Shown here: positions 46,761 to 56,914 of the stretch, one piece after another
Position numbering within the stretch: the first letter of the stretch is position 1
How the letters are laid out: each line of letters opens with the position of its first letter
DNA from: Saprolegnia diclina VS20
Taxonomy: Eukaryota
NCBI RefSeq assembly: GCF_000281045.1
Contig: NW_008246073.1
Location: 409,343-466,778 of the forward strand
Reading direction: 5' to 3'
Length of the DNA: 57,436 nt
Program-made: the position numbers and the translations under genes
Notes under the pieces: generated by a model
What the model was told of the DNA's origin: nothing
Databases searched by the model: none
What the model saw: only the letters and a program-made list of their open reading frames with translations

Positions 46761-49211
46761 ATGGCCTCGCCGGTGTTGGACGAGCCGGCCGCGGGCGCCA
46801 CCAGCATGGCCAAGCAGCGCACGATCCGCCTCATGGTCTTGGGCGACGAGAAGGTCGGCAAGTCGTCGCTCATCTCGGCGCTCGTCTCGCAGCACTCGAG
46901 CGAGCACGTGCCCCGCGTGCTCCACGACATTGTTATCCCAACCGAAGATACACGCGAGAACGTCGTCATCTCGCTCCACGACACGAGCTCCAACTCGAAC
47001 GACGTCATGGAAGTCATCAAGACCATCAACCGCAGCGACGCTGCTATCGTGGTCTACGACGTCAGCCGACCCATCTCGTCCCAGCGGCTAAGGTGCGTTT
47101 CCATCCATGGTCATCTCTGAGCACCGTTGGCATGTGATAGCTATTGGCTCGACTTGCTCAAGGTGACCAAGGTCATGCCCGTGGTTCTCGTTGGCAACAA
47201 GTGCGACCTCCTGCCTGGCGGCTCGGAGATGTCCCGTGTCCAGTCGGTCTTGCGCAACTACAAGTTTATCGTGCACAGCTTGGAGTGCTCGGCCAAGTCG
47301 CTCGTGAACGTCAAGAAGACGTTTGGTCTTGCGCAGAAGGCTGTCTTGTATCCGATGGGTCCGCTCTACGATGCGGAGAAGAAGGTACGCAGTCGCCGCC
47401 GTCGCTCGTCTTGACTCTTGACAGCAACTGCAACCGACGTTTGTCCAAGTCCTCAAGCGCATCTTTCGACTCTTTGACGAAGACCGCGATGGCATGATCA
47501 ACCGCGAGGAGCTCAACCGCTACCAGGTACGCGTCGATTCATTTGAGCAACACGCATCCCGCCCGTAGGCGACGTTCTTCCGAGCGCGCATGAAGCAAGA
47601 AGAAATCGACATCCTACTCGACCTGGTCCAGCTCGTCAAGCCCGACGGCGTAGCGATGGACAAGATGGGCATCTACCTCGCAGGTTTCGTGTACCTCTCG
47701 GAGCTCGCGATCGAGAAGAACAAGCCCGAGCACTGCTGGCAGGTACGTCGTCCGCAGAGAAGACAGAGTAGATGCTCAGACCGTGTAGGTGCTGCGGTCG
47801 CTCGGCTACTCGGACGACCTCGCGCTCGACATTCCGTCCGACTATGTCGAGATCCCGCGCGAGGGCCACGAGTACCCAATGGTGGATCTGAGCCCCACGG
47901 CGTGCCTCTTTCTTAAGAACGTCTTTGAGCAATTCGCCGCCAAGGACCACACGCTGCACTGGGCGTCCCTCCAGACCATTTTCGAGATTGTGCCCGCCGA
48001 GAAGCAGCCGCAGTGGTTCCTCAAGTCGACGCCCGCCACAACAACGCTCGAGCTATCGACCTGGATGGCGCTCTGGAGGTACTGGCCATCGAACGGCACA
48101 CTGTTTCACCACCCTGTTAGTCTCGAGATGGCGATTTTCCCGAAAGAAACGCTGATTCAGCTCTTCTACCTTGGATTTAGCCACAAAGCTCCCGTGGCCG
48201 TCGAAGTGTACGATACCGCAGCGCCGATCAACGCGACTCAAACTCGCTTGTAGACGATCCGTGGCCCGCCGACTGAGCGCCAAGAAGACAATTCGCTGCC
48301 TTCTCTTTGGCGCCCCGCGCGCTGGCAAGGTTTGCGCTGCATTGGCTGGGAGTAACTAACAGCGGTATCCTAGACCACGATTGTCAACAAGCTCGTGCAG
48401 CTGCCGTTTGAGAGCCCCGGGTATCTCATGGAGACGGATGGCGACGGCGACGAGAGCGATGACACGAACGGGGCGCGTGTCCGACCCATGGACGTCTATC
48501 CGTTCCTGCTCCACAACGTGCACGTGGTCAACGACAAGGAGACGACTGGCGAAAAGTACCTCATCGTACGGCCGCCGTGTTTGTACGCTTGGTATAATAC
48601 TCGGGTAGATGTCGGAGGTGTCGGAAGCCAATGTCTCGCCGCGCATGGTGTCGCAAATCGCGCGCGAGATCCACGTCGATATTGTGTGCTACGTCTTTGA
48701 CGGCAACGACGCCGACTCGATCGACTACCTCCTCTCGGTCGAGAAGCACATACCAGACTCGATCCCCGTCATGTTTGTCTGCACCAAGTCCGACCTCATG
48801 GAGGCCACGCTCACGTCCTCGATCGCATGGGACAAGGCGCTCGCCCACTGCGCGTCGCTCGAGCTCTTTGCGCCACTGAGCGTCTCGGACAAGACCTTGC
48901 AGGGCCTCCAGGGCGACCACTCGCTCTACTCGCTCCTTGTCCACCGTGCGCTGCACCCGTACGCGACTTCCATCGGCATCTGCGTCGCATAACAGAACAT
49001 TGCCCCTAGGCAAGGAGCGCTGCCCTTCTCCGCCCACAAACGCCAGGCCAAGCGGCGGAAGCGCTGGATCATTGGCGGTTGCGCTGTGACAGTCTCGCTC
49101 CTCGCGGTCGCGGGCGCCGTCTACTACAAGGAGAAGCTCGAGGCGTACGTGCCATACCTCCCGCTCTGGCTTCAGAAGCCGCTCACACTTCTCCCATCCA
49201 CGGCCAAGTAG
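46761..49211 (+). CDS. MIRO: Mitochondrial Rho GTPase (Miro/Gem1), multi-exon
   Basis: GDEKVGKSS, LVGNKCD, ECSAK, AQKAVLYPMGPLYD, EF-hand DEDRDGMINREEL, second P-loop GAPRAGKT, and a tail anchor KRRKRWIIGGCAVTVSLLAVAGAVYYK. An alternative in-frame ATG lies at 46701. Confidence 0.93.
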
Positions 49212-49267
49212 CGCTCTTTTGTCATTTGCAATGCATTGTTTTGGCGCCGCGCAGTCATGTTGTCGCA

Positions 49268-50592
49268 TTAGAGGACCACGGACGAAACGACCAGAAGGGT
49301 CGCCACGCCGATGACGGCTGAGGTCCAGACGACAGTGTCGAGATCCAAGTGCATCGCAGGCGACGACTCCAAGTGCTTGCTACTGCCGTCAGCAGCGTCA
49401 GGCGATGTTAGGTCGTAGTAGCTGGCAACGTTGGCGGGGCGTTCTGTGGTGGGTGGTGCTAGCGGATACGTCGCGTCGTCGAGCTCGACGTGAAGGACCG
49501 AGCCGAGAAAGTCCGTGACCGGCACCTCGTGCAACGGACGGTGGAGGAGCTCAGTTCGTGCTTCGGGGTCCGAGTAGAGCATGCGCGGGTCGTACGAGCC
49601 AAAGAGATCGGCGAGGGTTTTGCTGGTGTCGTGGGCCTGCAGAAAGTCGAGTGTCGCATACGTGAAGCGGTCAATGAGCGAGAGGCCAATCTATTGAAAC
49701 AACGTCAGTGGCGTCATCGGCAATTTCGAGCAGTACGTCAAAGTCCGTGTGGTACGCGTACGAGTTTTGGCCCGTGGAGGCGCTACCAATGGTGACGACG
49801 TTGGGCGAGTAGAGCTGCTTGGCGAGCGACCCGGCTTGGCACGTGTCCACCATGAAGAAGAGTTCGTTGTATCTACAAACGCTGGTCAATGCTGCTCATT
49901 CGAGCGGCAGATCAATGTACCGGCCTTTGACGTGCATTTCTTCGATCGAGTCGGCAATGTCATGGCTCGAGAGCTCCTCGACGTCCTGAAACTTGAGAAA
50001 GCCGTCACCGCCGTGGCCCGTCATGAAGACAAATACGTTGCTCTTCTCGTCCGAGTCCAAGCGACGGTTGGCTGGAGTCCCCGGCTCGTGTCGGCCCGTA
50101 AGCACTTTGATAAAGTTGGCCACGTTCACTTCGTCGCCGCGGTAGTCGACCTCAACGTCTTCGCCGTACCTACGTCAGTGAAGCGTCACACAGTCGTTGC
50201 GGTATTGCTAGATAGTACAGATTGATCGCATGGTTGTTGCTGTTGAAAACATGGCCAGGGTAGCAGTTGCGGGCGTTGCATGGCATTTGGTCGGCGAGCA
50301 TAAGCACAATCTAAGGCAGACGAGCTGAGCATAGTGGCACGCGGTTGCTGCGAACCTGGCTGTCGGGAATGCCCAGACGCTTCACCGAGTGGTACAGCGA
50401 CAGCGCGTTCGTGATGTGCCGGTAGTTGAACCAGAAGCGCGACGCGTCGACCTAAGCCCTCACTCGATGGTGTCAGTGTGCTCGATGGTTACGTACAATG
50501 ACGGCCCAATTGTTGGTGTGGCGCTCGTAGCCCATGGCGCACACCAGTAGCAGCAGTAGGAAGCTGCTCGTTGCCCAAGAAAAGCCGGCCAT
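49268..50592 (-). CDS. GPI8: GPI-anchor transamidase catalytic subunit (peptidase C13), multi-exon
   Basis: Signal peptide, [36 protein letters not shown] (catalytic His), DTCQA (catalytic Cys) and a C-terminal TM helix. Confidence 0.96.
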
Positions 50593-51499
50593 CGTGATCG
50601 TCTCGTCGGTCCGAGCTGTCGGTCCGTCAAGCAGCCCCGACACGTGGGTTGCTAATAATGTCACCATATAGTGTAAGAACGTATTCTGTTATAGTATTAA
50701 TTCATTCGTGATATAGTGTAAGTCATTTGCTTGGCACACTATTACGGTCTGCGAGACTGGGCAAGCGCATTCACATTGCACGAAAACACATCGATGCGCG
50801 CGACTAGACCCGATTGACTAGAAGTATATATGTAAATGAACAGAGGTGTTGCCTCGTCGTGCGCTTCGTAACCCAAGTAGCCACTGCAGCTGCTGTGTGC
50901 TACCACGTTGAATAGTGTATGATGTATTTTCGGATAGATGAATTGTATCCGGAAAGAAAAGATTTCGGCACCAGCTTGAATAATTGAACGCTGGGACAGC
51001 AACCAAGAGAGCGAGACGAGGGCGGCCTTTCTATAGAGACGACGTGTGATTTGCGAATATTCATTCCTGCCCTGGTCTCTGATAGAGTCTTTTCTCTGCT
51101 TTTTCGCGATTTGACGCGACTTTTTCCGCGCGAAAATGCTGTCGACCGGCTTTGGAGCTCAGATGTGAGGCTCCGACCCCATATCACCCGAGAAGGCTGC
51201 TACGAAGCAGCACCTCGGTACGAGTGTTATTAGTACCATGTCAGCCAGCGATATAGAAGCAATGTGGCCGCTTTCGTGGCCGCTGGTTCGAATCCACGTG
51301 GTGTGATTGGAATGCCACTTGCACGTCCGAGCGAGCCAATCCGTGACGCGTATTTTGCAGCAGAATCGTTCGATTGGTGGAACCGACGGTTCTGCAGACG
51401 CACGTGGCAGGCCAAGCCAAGTCCATGCGAATGTCACCAGCTGGGCAAGCAGCGACCGACCATCGACCGGTCAGTTGGCCTTTTCACTCCTGAGAGCAC

Positions 51500-51817
51500 A
51501 TGATCAGCCTGAGCATCCCGTCGCCCAAGGCCCTCTTTACACGCTGGCGCCGCCGAAGCAACTGCGAAGACACCAAGAAGTTGAGTCCTGTCGCACTGGC
51601 GGGCGCGAGCCGTCGATACACGAGCACGATCAACAACTGCTGCAACTCGCACGCACCGAGCGTCGACCCGACGAGCCAAAGCACGACATTCCAAGGCGAT
51701 AGCAAGACGTGCGCCACGTGCAAGCGCCAGTACCTGCGGTATGCCAGCAAGTATGATGAATACTGCTCGGTGGACTGCAAGTCAGTCGGGTACTCTAAGT
51801 ACACGCTGAGCTACTAG
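51500..51817 (+). CDS. Small protein with FCS/TRASH-like zinc finger (C-x2-C-x14-C-x3-C)
   Basis: 105-aa ATG-initiated ORF ending CATCKRQYLRYASKYDEYCSVDC. INR-like TCACTCC at 51484. Confidence 0.65.
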   Translation: MISLSIPSPKALFTRWRRRSNCEDTKKLSPVALAGASRRYTSTINNCCNSHAPSVDPTSQSTTFQGDSKTCATCKRQYLRYASKYDEYCSVDCKSVGYSKYTLSY

Positions 51818-51887
51818 GACTATTAGAGACGACCAGATAGGATGTTGCGTCTCGTAATTTATTTAGATTTACTTGCATTATCACGAT

Positions 51888-53090
51888 CTACACTAAATTA
51901 GAGTACGCGTCGACAACGTCAAGGCAAGCATCGAGCGTCTCATGGAAGTAGTCCTCTTCGACTCCGTACTTTTTGTACCAGTGGAGATACGCCTTGGCGT
52001 GCAGCTGCTGGGCGGCGCGGCTGACGAACGTCGAGAGCATCGGGATCGCGTTCGTTTGACCGTTGGCACTCACCGTGACTGCACCGGACATTGTCATCGG
52101 TGGAGCCAACGACACAGTGGTCGCGATGCGCTGCGGTGCCCAGTCAGGCGCTGGAAACGCCCTCTCGATAGCCTTGACCACGGACGTCAAGGACGCAGCT
52201 GTAGCGCCACCGCGAACGTGGATATGCCGACCAATACACGGAGATTGGGTCGCAGCATACGGATAGGATGCCACGAGCTGCTTCGTCGCCGCTGCAAGCC
52301 CCGCATCGTCATCTGTAGAAGGAAGTAGCGCTACGAGGCGTGAGTCAGAAGGCTTGGAGCGGGGGCGTTGGGCGTAATACGCGGTCCGGACGTCGACAAA
52401 TTTGGCCGACGCCATCGGGCACGTCTGCGTCACAAACGAGCCGAGATCAAAGGGTCGCTTGTCAGAGGGGAGGAAAAGCCCAGCCCAGTCACCAGCTACG
52501 AGCCGGTTCATTTCAGTGAGCGAAACACCGCCGGTAGCGCCACGCCAATGGGCCACGAGGCGCGCGACGTCGTCGTTGTCCTTGTACAAGATTGCGTCCG
52601 AGTACGTCTGGAGGTGGCGCAGCGTGAAGAGCGCGTTGTAGTTTTGCAGCGGCGAGTCGCCAACAAGCGACGGCGCAATGCAGCCGTTGAGAATATACGC
52701 CTTGGGATATGTGTCTCGAATAGCCTCCAGAAGTCGGCTTCCGAGGCCAGCGCCCGTCCCACCTGCTAGGCTGTGCAAGAGGATCGCCCCTCGATAGCAG
52801 TCAACGACCTCGATTTCCTTGCGGAGCGACTCGAGCACACGCGCCGTGAGCGCGATGTTTGTTGTTTGGTGGTAGCCCATCGCCCAGTTGTTGCCGCGAC
52901 CGCTCTGCTCGACGTGGACACCGGCGACGCTAACGCGGTCGGCGATCGCGCCAACGACCTTGGGCTCCGAATCGACGAGAATGCAAGGTCGGTGGGTCTG
53001 GCCGTCCGCAGCCGCGCCATGCTGCGAGAGCGCAAGGAGCTCGGCGCCGACTTGGTTGCCGCACTGCCCAATACAGAGCGAAATGCTCAT
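51888..53090 (-). CDS. Divergent tubulin of the zeta/delta group (more likely zeta)
   Basis: GQCGNQVG, VDSEPKVV, QSGRGNNWAMGY, SLAGGTGAG, GDSPLQNYN and KAYLHWYKKYG motifs; no acidic tail. Confidence 0.88.
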   Translation of the reverse strand: MSISLCIGQCGNQVGAELLALSQHGAAADGQTHRPCILVDSEPKVVGAIADRVSVAGVHVEQSGRGNNWAMGYHQTTNIALTARVLESLRKEIEVVDCYRGAILLHSLAGGTGAGLGSRLLEAIRDTYPKAYILNGCIAPSLVGDSPLQNYNALFTLRHLQTYSDAILYKDNDDVARLVAHWRGATGGVSLTEMNRLVAGDWAGLFLPSDKRPFDLGSFVTQTCPMASAKFVDVRTAYYAQRPRSKPSDSRLVALLPSTDDDAGLAAATKQLVASYPYAATQSPCIGRHIHVRGGATAASLTSVVKAIERAFPAPDWAPQRIATTVSLAPPMTMSGAVTVSANGQTNAIPMLSTFVSRAAQQLHAKAYLHWYKKYGVEEDYFHETLDACLDVVDAYSNLV

Positions 53091-53186
53091 GGGATCGTCC
53101 GCCGTCTGCTTTTACTGGGGAGTTCCAAGGTCGCTTAGAAGCGCCATGATACGGTGTCGGGTAATTACTCCCTTGGACGGTCAACG

Positions 53187-53807
53187 ATGAAATTCTTGTC
53201 CATTGCGCGCGCCGTCGAGGCCGAGGTGCCAAAGATCAAGGGATCGCGCTTTATCGGTTTCGCAAGTCCCGTGACGTCGCGCCAAGAGGCTTTGGCAGTT
53301 GTCGCCGCGCGCCGAGCGATCTTCCCGCAGGCTAATCACCACTGCTTCGCCTACACGCTCGCGTCGCCGCCCGAATCGTTCGCGTCCGACGACGGCGAGC
53401 CCCACAACAGTGCTGGCCGGCCGATCCTGCACGTCTTGCAGCAGCACGACGTGCTCAACGTCTGCCTCGTCGTTTCGCGCATTTTTGGTGGCACAAAGCT
53501 GGGCACAGGCGGTCTCGTTCGGGCCTACAACAGCGCGGCCAAGTGCGCGATGGAGACCGCGAGCATCCAAGAGACGTGCGTTCAGCATATTCTCACCGTA
53601 CTCGTGCCCATTCATGCCGTCGCCGCCGTCAAGAAGGCTCTGCACCGCTTCGATGGGCACGTCGAATCTCTTGCCATTGAGGGCGACTCGGCCGTGCTAG
53701 TCTCGCGCCTGCCACTGACACACGCCATCGCTTTCGAGTCAATGGTATCCGAGTCGACAAATGGACGTGCCATCATCTCACGAGCGCACGAAGAAGATGC
53801 AAGGTAA
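53187..53807 (+). CDS. YigZ/IMPACT-family protein (UPF0029), no RWD domain
   Basis: KIKGSRFIG, ANHHCFAY, SDDGEPHNSAG and FGGTKLGTGGLVRAY motifs. ATG at 53187. Confidence 0.92.
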   Translation: MKFLSIARAVEAEVPKIKGSRFIGFASPVTSRQEALAVVAARRAIFPQANHHCFAYTLASPPESFASDDGEPHNSAGRPILHVLQQHDVLNVCLVVSRIFGGTKLGTGGLVRAYNSAAKCAMETASIQETCVQHILTVLVPIHAVAAVKKALHRFDGHVESLAIEGDSAVLVSRLPLTHAIAFESMVSESTNGRAIISRAHEEDAR

Positions 53808-54096
53808 ATGACACGTGTACCTTTGAGGGGACTTTCGTTAGGACCGTCATATTCTCGAAGGAAACACAGTGAGCTGTACTGACGTGTAAGATGATGGAAT
53901 GCAGTTGGGAGCGAGCATTGCATGTACACATACGTCCTTCAAGCAGCAATGACTATGGCGGCCGACGTCGCAGCAAGCTAACCTCCATCGCGCTCTTGAC
54001 CCCATCAATAAACGAAATTTCGTCCGTTTAAGCATAAAAAGTTGGGCGTTGAAGGGTTAAGATGTTGCAGTAGGACTGTGTTCATAAGATTACGCT

Positions 54097-54964
54097 CTAG
54101 TCCTTCTTGGCACGGGGCTTGCCGCCGCAGTACGTCTTGGCAAAGAAGAAGACGAAGAGCCAAAAGAGGGACTGAACGTACAACATGTATGTGACTTGGA
54201 CGCGGAACGGGATCTTGGGGCACGCGTTCGCGATCACGAGGTAGCCTTGGACGTTCATGATGGCAAACTGGACGAGCTGCAGTACGGTGAGGTACTGCTT
54301 CCACCAGATGCTGCTCGTGTGCGAGCTCACGAAGTAGTACGTGTACATGATGGTGTGGATACCGCCGTTGAGGAGGATCGTGAGGTAGATTTCACCGTCG
54401 TAGCAGACGCGGAAGAGGAACCAGTAGACGAGGAAGACGCTGAGGTGGTGGTACACGTGCAGGAACGAAAGTTGCTTCCACTTTTTGCCCACAATGATGA
54501 TCAACGTGTCCACAAAGTCGAGAATCTTGGACATGTAGAAGAGCCAGAGGAGCCGACCCATGGCCGGGTTTGTCGCGTCATACGGGTTGCAGGGATAGAA
54601 CGAGTAGTGCTATTGCATCACTAGCATGAGTTTCCGACTCGTTGCGATAAAGATGGCTTACGTGGCGGTAGGCTTGGACACCGGCTTCAATGCACATGTA
54701 CGAGCACAACATGATCTGGATCGGGTTGTACACGAACTGCAGCATTCGCGTGTTCACGGCGGGGAAGCCGAGCATCATGATGGTCGAACCCAAGACGATC
54801 GCGGCCACATAGAGGAGCGCGATGGCGAGGGCGCTGGCAAAATCGCCCAGCGGCCAGGACGCAATCGCCGACGCCTTGTAAAGACCATCAGGGTCCATGA
54901 AGTTGAGAAACGCATCGCCGATCGGCGTTGCCCAAGCTTCGAACGCGTGCCAGTACGTCTCCAT
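54097..54964 (-). CDS. ELO-family fatty acid elongase (PUFA/delta-6 type), one intron 54610-54661
   Basis: SKILDFVDT, QLSFLHVYHH, NGGIHTIMYTYY and TVLQLVQF motifs, plus a C-terminal lysine-rich ER-retrieval-like end (AKKD). The intron GTAAGC...CAATAG restores the frame (YRH-HYSFYPCN). Confidence 0.95.
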
Positions 54965-55595
54965 TGTCCGAGAAGGCAAAAAGCAAAGTGGTGGGGATTG
55001 TCCACGGACGCCAACCTGGTCGGACCAATGGCCTTGCAGCCATGCTGTTTGCAACAATCGGATTGGCTAAAATGGGAATTGCGATCTTCCCGCGACCAGC
55101 AAAAATCCGCTGAAGTCCGGTGAAGCACCGTTGACGCGACAGTCCCTTGGCAACCAAGGGTACCAGTCGAGTAGAGCGATTTATGGCGGCAGAGTCACCG
55201 AGAGAGAATGCTTTTCTTGTTAATGACGACGATGGATGCGAGGAGCGGAACCTTAGGGGACGCGGAAACACCGACGCTTCGATGCGAGCTGCATGCCAAG
55301 TTCAACAAAACGGCCAAACCTATCCTGGTGCTCATCTGACGTATGCAGCGACGATCTTCAGCAGCTTGATGACGGGACTTGCGTTTTCAACTGGGACGGC
55401 AAACGAAGCATAGCCAAGGATCCGACTTGACTCGAAGCGCAAGCAAGATGGTACGTGATCGATGTGCTCGTACCCGCACGCCAACCATCCTGCACGCTGA
55501 GGGAGGAAGAAGTGAGCGTCGACAAGGGAAAACGTAATCATCATATTGGGTAGCGTGTGGGTAGCAGTATTTGTTGTGTACTCGCACAACTGCGT

Positions 55596-56529
55596 CTACA
55601 CCGCCTTGTCCTGGATCTGCTTTCGCCGGCCGCGGCGATGGCCGTTTCTATCGTTTTCCTTTTCCCGCTTCCCGAGGTAGTATTCGCTTGTGTGATGTAT
55701 TTTGTAGCCAAAGATTCGGGGCACGTACGCCTGCGACGGCGGCGACGGCACGATCGACGGGTGCGTGAGGAGGAAGAGGTGCGGGAAGGTAGTACCAAAG
55801 TACGAGCCGTCTTGGTCTACTCAAGAAAGCGCGTTAGTCTCCATGGTTCGAGTTGTTGTGCATCGTACTGCCTTGACGCTGCGATTTGGGGAAGAAGATG
55901 TCCCGGCAGCGGGGGCAAAAGATGTTGACGGTCGTGTGGCGAGGCACATCCGACTGTCCAACGGGCAGTACAGGCTGGCCTTGGCAGTGCACGCGGTGGC
56001 ATCGGCCAAAGTCGACGTTCTGGTACTTCTCGAGCATGGCGGCCATGCCCCGCGTCGTCACAATGTAGCGCGCATGGATGAGGCCGTAGAGCATCTCAGC
56101 CGCAGACTCGACCATCTCCTGCTGGATATCCGTCAAGCTGTCTTCGTGCGGCGTCTCGACGTCGAGGATCATGTCCATCGCGTAGTCGTAGTATGGCACG
56201 ATGCTGCTGAGGCCGGTCATGTTGAAGTCGTCGATAATGTAATCTTCGTCGACCTCGCAAAAGAACTCGTTGCCGCGCAGCGAGCAGAACCACGAGATCC
56301 AGCTAAGCTCCTCTTCTTCTTCTTCTTCGTCGTCTTCATCGTCGTCATCGTCGTCGCTCTCGCTCTCGACGTCGCTCGACTCGAGGTCCGAGATCACGGG
56401 CTCGTCCGGCGCACCAAGGACGTCTTCCTGGAGATCGTCGTCTTCGTCAGCGATGTGCTCGTCGGACCGCCCATGTTCCAGGCTCATGGAGGCCATGCTG
56501 TGCATGAGGGGATCGTGGGGGCTGGCCAT
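55596..56529 (-). CDS. CK2B: Casein kinase II regulatory (beta) subunit, one intron 55817-55868
   Basis: [33 protein letters not shown], zinc finger FGRCHRVHC...FCPRC, and after splicing [13 protein letters not shown]...[11 protein letters not shown]. Branch-point-like ACTAAC in the intron. Confidence 0.97.
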
Positions 56530-56914
56530 GCTTGCGTCCTCCCGCGGTCTCCTCGTTTTCAAGTCAATTTGGTTGGCCCAATCTCAGGCCGTAATTTTTC
56601 CACGTTGCTATACAAATAGCAAGGTATTTATTTTAGCAGGTTCTGCACAAAAACCTCCATCACTCTATGCAATGTAAAAAGAGAGGTTCGATCCAACGCC
56701 CTCTCACGATAGCGACACCGTGGTTCAAGATCTTAGCGCCGAGAGAACGTTACAATTCCGTAGCTGCATATTGGGATGCTGACATGACAGAAGCTTTGCA
56801 GCTCATTTGCTAGCTACAATACACCGTACTCAAGCTAGCAGTCATGTTTTGGAATGTCTTCATTGATCGCACAAACACTGAAGGACGTGACGCAGTACGA
56901 CAAGCACGTCCTGC

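Noticed and set aside
7173..50592. Apparent frameshifts and stops suggesting pseudogenes in the kinase, myotubularin, AGPS, Miro and GPI8
   Set aside because: The breaks checked coincide with short GT-AG introns whose removal restores the frame.
51230..51305. Additional tRNA (GGTTCGAATCC plus a variable-arm-like hairpin)
   Set aside because: No acceptor stem, D-arm or anticodon arm can be formed, and the T-stem pairs poorly.
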